Shown here: positions 1 through 7,008 of the stretch, piece by piece | Position numbering within the stretch: the stretch's first letter is position 1 | Layout of the letters: every line of letters starts with the position of its first letter | Assembly: GCA_050261575.1 (NCBI GenBank) | Contig: JBLNDL010000096.1 | Span: 48,018 to 68,017, forward strand | Origin: Sphingomonadaceae bacterium | GTDB taxonomy: Bacteria > Chloroflexota > UBA6077 | Reading direction: 5' to 3' | DNA length: 20,000 nucleotides | The notes under the pieces: generated by a model | Database searches by the model: none | What the model saw: the letters and a program-made list of their open reading frames with translations, nothing else | What the model was told of the DNA's origin: nothing | Made by a program: the position numbers and the translations under genes

Positions 1-728
1 TCCTCGGCGGTCTCCACCTGATAGGTGGGGCAGTGCTCCAGGCATACCTCCACCAGCCGCCGGGTGTTGGAGCTGTCCCGCCCGCCGACCACCACCATCG
101 CATCGACCTGCCGGGCGATCTCCGCGGCCTCCTCCTGGGCCCTTTGCGTGAAGTCGCAGATATGGCCCTGATCCTCGAAGCGATCGCACCTCTCTCTGAG
201 AACGCGGCACACCTCGGCATACTCGCGCTGCGAGGAGGTGGTCTGGGCGATGGCCGCGATCTTGGGGTAGTAGCTCAGTCCCGCCGCCTCCTCGGCGGAC
301 TCGACGATGATCCCGCGCTGCGTGTGAGCCACGGTGGCCCTCGCCTCGGGGTGGTTCTTGTGGCCGAAGAGCACCACCTGGAACCCTTGTTCCTCCAGGG
401 CTCGAGCCCGCCGCTGGACGTTGCGCACGATGCCGCAGGTGCCGTCTATCAGCCGGAGCCCCAGTTGCTGGGAACGCTCGTAGACTGCCGGGCCCTCTCC
501 GTGTGCTCTCAGGATGAAAGGGGTTCCCGGCTGCACTCCGTCGGCCTGGGACAGATCCAGGAGACGGATGCCCATCTCCTCCAGTTCGTTCATTGCCGGG
601 GTGTTGTGGATCAGCTTGCCCGATATGTAGACCGGGGTGCCGGAGGCGGCTTCCCTCGTCGCCAGCTTCCAAGCCCTCTTCACCCCACCGCAGAAGCCCG
701 CGTACCGGGTGGCCCGGATTACCTCCAC
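1..728 (-). CDS. ispH: 4-hydroxy-3-methylbut-2-enyl diphosphate reductase IspH/LytB (3' end runs off the window)
   Basis: Manual translation from GTG at 728 (RBS GAGG upstream): MEVIRATRYAGFCGGVKRA...LIHN...LRAHG...DGTCG...GHKNHPE...AQTT...HICDFT...VVGGRDSSNT. It has the three [4Fe-4S] cysteines and the HN, AHG, HPE, QTT and SSN motifs of IspH. The frame is open to the window edge. Confidence 0.95.
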   Translation of the reverse strand, partial: MEVIRATRYAGFCGGVKRAWKLATREAASGTPVYISGKLIHNTPAMNELEEMGIRLLDLSQADGVQPGTPFILRAHGEGPAVYERSQQLGLRLIDGTCGIVRNVQRRARALEEQGFQVVLFGHKNHPEARATVAHTQRGIIVESAEEAAGLSYYPKIAAIAQTTSSQREYAEVCRVLRERCDRFEDQGHICDFTQRAQEEAAEIARQVDAMVVVGGRDSSNTRRLVEVCLEHCPTYQVETAE

Positions 729-800
729 ACTCTACCTCTATTCTAGGGTGCCACAGCTACTGGGCTGGGCATAGGCCCGTGCAAACGGTTTGGTCTCTTG

Positions 801-832
801 TAGATTCTAACTCCCGTTTCTGCTAGCATCAA
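801..832. promoter_or_regulatory. Overlapping divergent sigma70-type promoters for ispH (-) and dxs (+)
   Basis: Minus strand: TTGATG (832-827), 17 bp, TAGAAT (809-804). Plus strand: TAGATT (801-806), 17 bp, TAGCAT (824-829) with extended -10 TG at 821-822. Confidence 0.6.
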
Positions 833-861
833 CGTGTTGTGGTGTAGGGAGGACGCTCGCT

Positions 862-2760
862 TTGTCAGACTACTCCGTGTTGAACCGCATAGACGATCCG
901 CGTCAGCTAGTGGCTCTCTCCTCGGCGGAGTTGAAGCAACTGGCGGCGGAGATACGGCAGTTCCTCTTGGAGGCTGTTCCCATCACCGGAGGGCACCTCT
1001 CCTCGAACCTTGGTGTCGTGGAATTGACCATAGCGCTGCATCGAGTCTTCGAGAGCCCTCGGGACAAGATCGTGTGGGACGTGGGGCATCAGGGCTACGT
1101 CCACAAGCTGCTGACCGGGCGCCGGGACAGCTTCCTGACCCAACGCCAGCACGGCGGCATCTCCGGTTTCCTGGTGAGGGAGGAGAGTCCGCACGACCAT
1201 TTCGGGGCCGGCCACGCCGGTACCTCCGTCTCGGCGGCCCTCGGGATGGCCGTGGCGCGAGACCAGAAGCGGGAGAACCACCACGTGGTGGCGGTGATCG
1301 GTGACGGATCGCTGACCTGCGGGATGGCGTTGGAGGCGATGAATCACGCTGGGCACCTGGGCACCCGCCTGATCGTGGTGCTGAACGACAACGAGATGTC
1401 CATCGCCCACAACGTGGGCGCCATCTCCCGGGCCCTGAACCGGTTGCGTGTGGACCCGCGCTACCACAAGGCGAAGGAGGAGATGGATCAGTTGCTGCAG
1501 CGGCTGCCGGGAGGCAGTGGGGCGACCGATGCCGGGCGGAAGGTGCTCCACGGCCTGAAGGCACTGGTGCTGCCCAACCTCCTGTGGGAGGAGCTGGGCT
1601 TTACGTTCGTCGGCCCGGTGGACGGTCACAATCTGGCGGAGTTGGAGGAGGCGCTGGAGCGTGCCAAGGAGTACGCGAAGCCGTGCGTCATCCACGTGCG
1701 GACCCAGAAGGGGCACGGTTACGGGCCAGCCGAGGAGGACGCGACCAAGTGGCACGGCGTGGCGCCGAACGGCTCCGGCAAGAGGATCGGCCCCAGCTAC
1801 ACGGAGGTCTTCGGAAACACCATCCTCCGCGAGATGCGGTCGAACCCCCGGGTGGTGGCCGTCACCGCCGCCATGCCCGACGGGACCGGGCTGTCCATCG
1901 CGGCGAAGGAGTACCCGACCCGGGTCTACGACGTCGGGATCGCGGAGCAGCACGCCGTGACCTTCGCAGCGGGGTTGGCCAGCCAGGGCCTGGTGCCCGT
2001 TACCGCCATCTACTCCACCTTCCTGCAGCGCTCCTTCGACCAACTGATCCACGACGTGTGCATCCAGAGGCTGCCCGTATTCTTCGGGATCGATAGAGCG
2101 GGGATCGTGGGCGACGACGGGAAAACCCACCAGGGGCTGTTCGACCTCAGCTACCTGCGGATGATCCCTGACCTGGTGGTGGCCGCGCCGAGGAACGAGA
2201 ACGAGTTGCAGCATCTCGTGCACACGGGCATCCAGTACGTGGCCGAGGGGCGAGGGGCTTTCGCCGTGCGGTATCCCCGCGGAGCTGGCACGGGCGAGCC
2301 GATGGACGAGGAGCCTCGTGTGTTGCCCATCGGAAGGGGGGAGCTGCTGCGGGACGGAAGCGACCTGGCGATCCTGGCCATCGGCAACGTGGTTCCGGCG
2401 GCCTTGGAGGCTGCTGGCCTGCTAGAGGAGCGGGGGATCAAGTGTGCCGTGGTGGATGCCCGATTCCTGAAGCCGCTGGACGAGGACCTCATCCTGGAGA
2501 CGGTCCGGCGCTGCCGCTGGGCGATGACGGTGGAGGAGAACGTGGTGGCCGGAGGCTTCGGAGCCGCCGTGCTCGAACTCCTGTCGGCCAGGCAGGTGAC
2601 GGGGGTTCAGGTGGAGGTAGTGGGGATCCCCGATGCCTTCGTGGAGCACGGGCAGCCGTCGCTGCTGCGGGAGAAGTATGGTCTGGATAGCGCGGGCATC
2701 GCCAGGCGGGCCATGGATCGCTTCCCCCTGGTGAGCCCAACCGTGAAGGTGGGGGCCTGA
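862..2760 (+). CDS. dxs: 1-deoxy-D-xylulose-5-phosphate synthase
   Basis: 632 aa with GGHLSSNLG, WDVGHQGYVHK, GAGHAGTS, ThDP motif GDGSLTCG...LNDN, GIAEQH, IYSTFLQR and DRAG. TTG start after GGAGG. Confidence 0.97.
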   Translation: MSDYSVLNRIDDPRQLVALSSAELKQLAAEIRQFLLEAVPITGGHLSSNLGVVELTIALHRVFESPRDKIVWDVGHQGYVHKLLTGRRDSFLTQRQHGGISGFLVREESPHDHFGAGHAGTSVSAALGMAVARDQKRENHHVVAVIGDGSLTCGMALEAMNHAGHLGTRLIVVLNDNEMSIAHNVGAISRALNRLRVDPRYHKAKEEMDQLLQRLPGGSGATDAGRKVLHGLKALVLPNLLWEELGFTFVGPVDGHNLAELEEALERAKEYAKPCVIHVRTQKGHGYGPAEEDATKWHGVAPNGSGKRIGPSYTEVFGNTILREMRSNPRVVAVTAAMPDGTGLSIAAKEYPTRVYDVGIAEQHAVTFAAGLASQGLVPVTAIYSTFLQRSFDQLIHDVCIQRLPVFFGIDRAGIVGDDGKTHQGLFDLSYLRMIPDLVVAAPRNENELQHLVHTGIQYVAEGRGAFAVRYPRGAGTGEPMDEEPRVLPIGRGELLRDGSDLAILAIGNVVPAALEAAGLLEERGIKCAVVDARFLKPLDEDLILETVRRCRWAMTVEENVVAGGFGAAVLELLSARQVTGVQVEVVGIPDAFVEHGQPSLLREKYGLDSAGIARRAMDRFPLVSPTVKVGA

Positions 2761-2767
2761 GACGTCG

Positions 2768-3133
2768 ATGGCCGAGGACAAGATCATCCTGCAGGGCATG
2801 ACCTTCTACGGGTTTCACGGCGTGAATCCGGAGGAGCGGGAGCTGGGTCAACGGTTCGTGGTGGACCTGGAGCTGAGCAAGGACCTATCCGCAGCCGGCC
2901 TCTCGGACGACCTGGGGATGACGGTCAACTACGCGGCGGTGTTCAAGGTGGCCCGTGAGGTGGTGGAGGGGGATGCCTGCCGGTTGATCGAGACGGTGGC
3001 CGAGCGGCTCGCCGCCGCCATCCTGGCGCGGTTTCCGGTGGAGGCAGTGCGGGTGCGGGTCCGGAAGCCGTGGGCGCCGATCAAGGGTAGCGTCCTCGAC
3101 TTCGTGGCCGTCGAGATCCACCGGAAACGTTGA
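2768..3133 (+). CDS. folB: Dihydroneopterin aldolase
   Basis: 121 aa with DKIILQGMTFYGFHGV..EERELGQRFVVD, TVNY, LIETVAE and VRKPWAP. Starts 7 nt after the dxs stop. Confidence 0.95.
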   Translation: MAEDKIILQGMTFYGFHGVNPEERELGQRFVVDLELSKDLSAAGLSDDLGMTVNYAAVFKVAREVVEGDACRLIETVAERLAAAILARFPVEAVRVRVRKPWAPIKGSVLDFVAVEIHRKR

Positions 3134-3149
3134 TATCTATGATTGCTAA

Positions 3150-3178
3150 TTGACAAAACCCCGCTGCTTTGGTACCAT
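3150..3178 (+). promoter_or_regulatory. Sigma70-type promoter for the SufR-like gene
   Basis: TTGACA (3150-3155), 17 bp, TACCAT (3173-3178) with extended -10 TG. Confidence 0.8.
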
Positions 3179-3256
3179 AGCGGGCACCACCCCCTTTTCA
3201 CCCGGCTGCCTGCTTACCGGGTTGGCGGCTGCCTGGAATCCTCAGCGGAGGCAGTG

Positions 3257-3865
3257 GTGCAGAAGACACGTCGGCAGATCCTCGACCTCTTGAAGCTGAG
3301 GGGTCGGGCGACCCTCGAAGACCTGGCAAGGGAGATCGGCCTCTCGGGGGTGACTATCCGATCCCACCTTTCAGTGCTGGAGCGAGACGACCTCATCACC
3401 TCCGAGGAGGTCCGCGGCAAGGTTGGTCGTCCCCATTTCGTCTACTCCTTGGCCAGCAGAGCCGAGGAGGTGTTCCCCACTTCCTACCACACGGTGGCCA
3501 ACCGTTTCCTGGAGGGTTTCAGACGCGTCGCAAGCCCCGAGCAGATGAGTCGGCTGGTGGAGTTGGTGGCCGAGCAATGGGCTGCCGAGAAGGCGGGGCG
3601 GCTGGCGGGAAAGCACCTGAAGGAGCGGGTCGCCGAAGTGGTTCGGATCCGCACCGAAGAGGGGGCCATCGCCGAGTGGGAACAGACCGAAGATGGCTAC
3701 CTCGTGCGGCAGCACCACTGTCCGGCCAGTCGCGTTGCCCAGGGGAACCCTGAGGTGTGCCAGGCCGAACTGAGGTACCTGGAGCTACTCCTCGGGGTGC
3801 CGGTGGAGCGAGAGAACCACCGTCGCGACGGCGACATCAAGTGCGTCTACCGAATCAGAGGCTGA
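3257..3865 (+). CDS. SufR-like winged-HTH transcriptional regulator with C-terminal Fe-S-binding cysteines
   Basis: N-terminal wHTH (TRRQILDLLK...LAREIGLSGVTIRSHLSVLERDDLI...GRPHFVYSL) and C-terminal HHCP-x-VCQAE...KCVY, i.e. C-x12-C-x2-E...C as in SufR-family proteins. Start placed at GTG 3257 (or 3254) after GGAGG 3247-3251, because the longer ORF start overlaps the promoter. Confidence 0.8.
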   Translation: MQKTRRQILDLLKLRGRATLEDLAREIGLSGVTIRSHLSVLERDDLITSEEVRGKVGRPHFVYSLASRAEEVFPTSYHTVANRFLEGFRRVASPEQMSRLVELVAEQWAAEKAGRLAGKHLKERVAEVVRIRTEEGAIAEWEQTEDGYLVRQHHCPASRVAQGNPEVCQAELRYLELLLGVPVERENHRRDGDIKCVYRIRG

Positions 3866-3969
3866 ACTCTCCCTCCCTTCTCTCGCGTCTGCGTGCCCCA
3901 GGGGGAACCGCCCCGCTAGCAGGGCATTTGCCCGTGGAACGGCATGCAGAGGGGGCCATCGCTTGGCGT

Positions 3970-3998
3970 TTGACGCGCTCTACGTCTACTGTTAGCAT
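3970..3998 (+). promoter_or_regulatory. Sigma70-type promoter for the nfu-like gene
   Basis: TTGACG (3970-3975), 17 bp, TAGCAT (3993-3998) with extended -10 TG. Confidence 0.7.
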
Positions 3999-4039
3999 TT
4001 CGTTGGGGCTTCCCGATTGTGCTGAAAGGGGTACGGACG

Positions 4040-4264
4040 TTGGAGGATAGAGTCACCAAGGTGCTGGACGCGATCCGGCCGGGCTTGCAGATGGATGGTG
4101 GTGACATCGAGTTGGTTGGCATCGAGGATGGCGTGGTCAAGGTTCGGCTGACGGGGGCCTGCGCCGGCTGCCCCATGTCGATGATGACGCTGCAAATGGG
4201 CGTCGAGCGGGCCATCAAGCGCGAGGTTCCGGAAGTCGTCAGAGTAGAGGCGGTACCTTTCTAA
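4040..4264 (+). CDS. NifU C-terminal/Nfu-type Fe-S cluster carrier protein
   Basis: IRPGLQMDGGDIELV...VKVRLTGACAGCPMSMMTL..GVE is the canonical Nfu domain with CxxC. TTG start at 4040 after AAGGGG. Confidence 0.93.
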   Translation: MEDRVTKVLDAIRPGLQMDGGDIELVGIEDGVVKVRLTGACAGCPMSMMTLQMGVERAIKREVPEVVRVEAVPF

Positions 4265-4282
4265 TACTCCGCCAACCTGGTC

Positions 4283-4311
4283 GTAGGGCAGGGGACAAGC
4301 CCCTGCCCTAC
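4283..4311. repeat. GTAG-type REP-like palindrome / bidirectional terminator between convergent nfu and lpdA
   Basis: Perfect 12-bp inverted repeat GTAGGGCAGGGG-ACAAG-CCCCTGCCCTAC. Confidence 0.75.
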
Positions 4312-4314
4312 TCG

Positions 4315-5739
4315 TCACTTCTGCCGCCAGAAGTGGAGCGCCTGGCCGATCACGATGTCGTCGGCTGCCTCGCCCAGGGCCTCGCTCCCAGTCGGGTGGG
4401 GATACACGTTCAAGGCGAGTTCCTCGGGCGTCGCCTCCAGCAGCCGTGCCAGGGCCGGACCCTGGATCATCTCGGTGACCCTGGGGCCGATGAGGTGTAC
4501 GCCCAGGATCTCCATGCTATCCTCGTCGGCCACGATCTTGGCGAAGCCCTCCCGCTCCCCGAGGATCGTCGCCATGCTGTTCGCCGAGAAGGGGAAGTGG
4601 CCCACCTTGACCCGGTGACCCTGTGCCGTCGCCTCGGCCTCGCTCAGCCCAATGGAGGCCACCTGCGGCCGGCAGTAGGTGCAGCGTGGGATGCGGTTGT
4701 AGTCCAGGGGATGGGGGTTCCGGCCGAGGATGGTCTCCACGGCCACGAATCCCTCGTGGGTGGCCTTGTGGGCTAGCATCAACCCCCCTACCACGTCACC
4801 GATGGCATAGAGGTGGGGCACGCCCGTGCGCATCTGCCCGTCCACCTGGATGAAGCCTCGCTCGATCCTCACCCCGAGACTCTCCAGCCCGATGCCGCTC
4901 GTCACGGGCGCCCGGCCCGTGGCCACCAGCAGTCGCTCGCCCGACAGCCGCTCCCTGGAGCCGTCGGCCTTCTCCACCTCCAGTTCCACGTGGTCGGAGA
5001 AGGTGCGGACGCTGTCCAGCACCGCCTTGGTGCCTGTCAGCACACGGATGCCTCTCCGGTTGAACAGCTTCGCCACCTCCTCGCCGATCTCCGCATCCTC
5101 CAGGGGCAGCACCCTGGGCAGCACCTCGACCAGGCTGATCTCGACGCCCATGTCGTTCCAGCCGGAGGCGAACTCCACCCCGATGGCACCTGCCCCGAGG
5201 ATGATCACCGAGCGGGGAAGCACCGCCATGGTGGCAGCGTGGTCGCTATTGATCAGCCGATCGCCGTCGATGTTCAGCCCAGGGAGACCCTTGGGCGTGG
5301 ATCCCGTGGCGACGATGATGTCGGTTGCCGTCACCTGGGTGCTGCTACCCCCTTCGGCCGGTTGGACGCTGATGGTCGTGGGGGACGTGATCTTCCCCTC
5401 TCCGCGAATCAACGTGACCCCATTCTTCTTGAAGAGCCACTCGATCCCGCCCGTGTGTTGGGCGACGACCTTCTCCCTCCGTTTGGACACCTGAGCGTAG
5501 TCCAGGGATACGTCGGAGGCCCGAACTCCGTACTCCGCCCCGCCCTGGGTGTGCTTGAGGACCTCGGCGCTCTCCAGGATCACCTTCGTGGGGATGCAGC
5601 CCCAGTGCAGGCAGGTCCCTCCCAACTTGTACTTCTCGACGACGGCTACCTTCAGGCCCAACTGGGCGGCTCGAATTGCCGCCGGGTAACCCCCGGGTCC
5701 GCCGCCAAGGATCGCCAAGTCGAAGCGTTCCCCGTTCAT
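4315..5739 (-). CDS. lpdA: Dihydrolipoyl dehydrogenase (E3)
   Basis: 474 aa with FAD motif GGGPGGY, redox disulfide GGTCLHWGCIP, NAD motif GAGAIGVE, YAIGD, LAHKA and C-terminal HPTGSE. Confidence 0.95.
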   Translation of the reverse strand: MNGERFDLAILGGGPGGYPAAIRAAQLGLKVAVVEKYKLGGTCLHWGCIPTKVILESAEVLKHTQGGAEYGVRASDVSLDYAQVSKRREKVVAQHTGGIEWLFKKNGVTLIRGEGKITSPTTISVQPAEGGSSTQVTATDIIVATGSTPKGLPGLNIDGDRLINSDHAATMAVLPRSVIILGAGAIGVEFASGWNDMGVEISLVEVLPRVLPLEDAEIGEEVAKLFNRRGIRVLTGTKAVLDSVRTFSDHVELEVEKADGSRERLSGERLLVATGRAPVTSGIGLESLGVRIERGFIQVDGQMRTGVPHLYAIGDVVGGLMLAHKATHEGFVAVETILGRNPHPLDYNRIPRCTYCRPQVASIGLSEAEATAQGHRVKVGHFPFSANSMATILGEREGFAKIVADEDSMEILGVHLIGPRVTEMIQGPALARLLEATPEELALNVYPHPTGSEALGEAADDIVIGQALHFWRQK

Positions 5740-5833
5740 CGTTCCTCCCGTTACTCCCGTCGCAAGCGTTCAGCCTCGGGTGATCTCACCGTTCCCGGGC
5801 CAAACGCTGAGGTGTCATGGCTGATCGTCCCCA

Positions 5834-5842
5834 ATGGTATCA
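5834..5842 (-). promoter_or_regulatory. Extended -10 promoter candidate for lpdA
   Basis: The minus strand reads TGaTACCAT about 95 nt upstream of the lpdA start. No clear -35. Confidence 0.4.
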
Positions 5843-5873
5843 CTTTTCAGGGGGTTGTTGCCCGCTGGGGTAG

Positions 5874-5903
5874 TTGGCCCAGTGCAACCTCATGGACTAT
5901 GAT
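5874..5903 (+). promoter_or_regulatory. Sigma70-type promoter candidate for the garR/glxR-like gene
   Basis: TTGGCC (5874-5879), 18 bp, TATGAT (5898-5903). Confidence 0.5.
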
Positions 5904-5953
5904 AGAGCCGCCAATCGGTAGCCGATGGTTGCCCAAACAGGCGGGAGGAAGGT

Positions 5954-6862
5954 ATGAGCCAAGCAACGAAGCAGACTGTTGGTTTCATCGGTCTTGGGAT
6001 CATGGGGCGGCCCATGTCCCAGCACCTACTGAAGGCGGGATACCCGTTGGTGGTCTACGACATCGTTCCTGCGGGCGTCCAGGAGTTGGTGGCGGCTGGG
6101 GCGAAGGCTGCGGGCTCGTCCGCCGAGGTCGCCGCCCAGTCCGACCTGGTGATCACCATGCTGCCCGATTCGCCCGACGTGGAGTTGGCCTACATGGGGC
6201 CCAATGGGGTGCTGCAGGGCGCCAGGAAGGGCACCATTCTGGTTGACATGAGTACCATCTCCCCGACGGTGGCCAAGAAGGTCGCGGAGGCGGCGGAGAA
6301 GCAGGGCTGCCCCATGCTGGACGCGCCGGTGAGCGGAGGCGACGTGGGCGCCAAGAACGCCACCCTATCGATCATGGTCGGCGGCAAGCCCGAGGTCTTC
6401 GAGAAGGTGAAACCGGTCTTCGACGTGATGGGCAAGCCTACCCTGTGCGGGGAGAGCGGCGCCGGTCAGGTGGTGAAGGCATGTAACCAGATCCTCGTCG
6501 CGGTGACCCTGGTGGGGATGGGTGAGGCGTTGGTGCTTGGCGCCAAGGCCGGCGTGGATCCGGAGATCGTGGTCAAGGTGCTCAGCGGCGGCCTGGCTCG
6601 GTGCGGCGTGCTCGAGAACCGCGGTGTACGGGTGACGAAGAGGGACTTCGCCCCCGGCTTCCGGAGCCGACTCCACTACAAGGACCTGAACATCATCCGC
6701 GAGGCGGGCAGGGCGTACAACTGCACGCTGCCGGCCTCCGCCCTCGCCCACGAGCTGTTCGGGGCCATGCAGGCCCTCGGCTGGGGAGAACTGGACCACT
6801 CCGCCGTGGTGAAGGTGATCGAGACCCTCTCCAACACCGAGGTCAAGGCCCACAACGGGTAG
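5954..6862 (+). CDS. 2-hydroxy-3-oxopropionate (tartronate semialdehyde) reductase, GarR/GlxR-type beta-hydroxyacid dehydrogenase
   Basis: 302 aa with GFIGLGIMG, TMLPDSPDV, DMSTISP, LDAPVSGG, LSIMVGG, GAGQVVKACNQ, FAPGF and KDL. RBS GGAGG. The exact substrate within the family is not provable from sequence. Confidence 0.85.
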   Translation: MSQATKQTVGFIGLGIMGRPMSQHLLKAGYPLVVYDIVPAGVQELVAAGAKAAGSSAEVAAQSDLVITMLPDSPDVELAYMGPNGVLQGARKGTILVDMSTISPTVAKKVAEAAEKQGCPMLDAPVSGGDVGAKNATLSIMVGGKPEVFEKVKPVFDVMGKPTLCGESGAGQVVKACNQILVAVTLVGMGEALVLGAKAGVDPEIVVKVLSGGLARCGVLENRGVRVTKRDFAPGFRSRLHYKDLNIIREAGRAYNCTLPASALAHELFGAMQALGWGELDHSAVVKVIETLSNTEVKAHNG

Positions 6863-6877
6863 GGATATCCGAGAGAA

Positions 6878-6990
6878 GTAGGGCAGGGCCGTGTGCCCTC
6901 CCGTCCGGTCCCTCGGGTGTGACGGAGGGGGACAGGTGACGCGAGCCCGCGAGGCGAACTGGCGCAGCCTCGCGGGCTCGCCTGCCCTAC
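6878..6990. repeat. Composite REP/REPIN-like element between the convergent reductase and ATPase genes
   Basis: Terminal inverted repeats GTAGGGCAGG (6878-6887) and CCTGCCCTAC (6981-6990) enclose an imperfect hairpin (6896-6930) and a perfect 15-bp hairpin GCGAGCCCGCGAGGC / GCCTCGCGGGCTCGC (6941-6981). Confidence 0.7.
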
Positions 6991-7008
6991 ACATCGAATG
7001 CTCGCTCC

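Noticed and set aside
33..746. 237-aa plus-strand ORF
   Set aside because: Antisense shadow of ispH, which carries all the family motifs on the minus strand.
830..839. CAAC-GT-GTTG as a cyanobacterial-type SufR operator
   Set aside because: The spacing is 2, not the 6 I recall for CAAC-N6-GTTG, and the motif is not repeated at the regulator or nfu promoters.
3143..3256. N-terminal extension of the regulator ORF
   Set aside because: It overlaps a strong promoter, and the RBS points to GTG at 3254/3257.
4813..6246. 477-aa plus-strand ORF and similar long overlapping ORFs (907-2223, 9055-10470, 16495-18417)
   Set aside because: Antisense or alternative-frame shadows of real genes, expected in high-GC DNA. 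No recognisable motifs.
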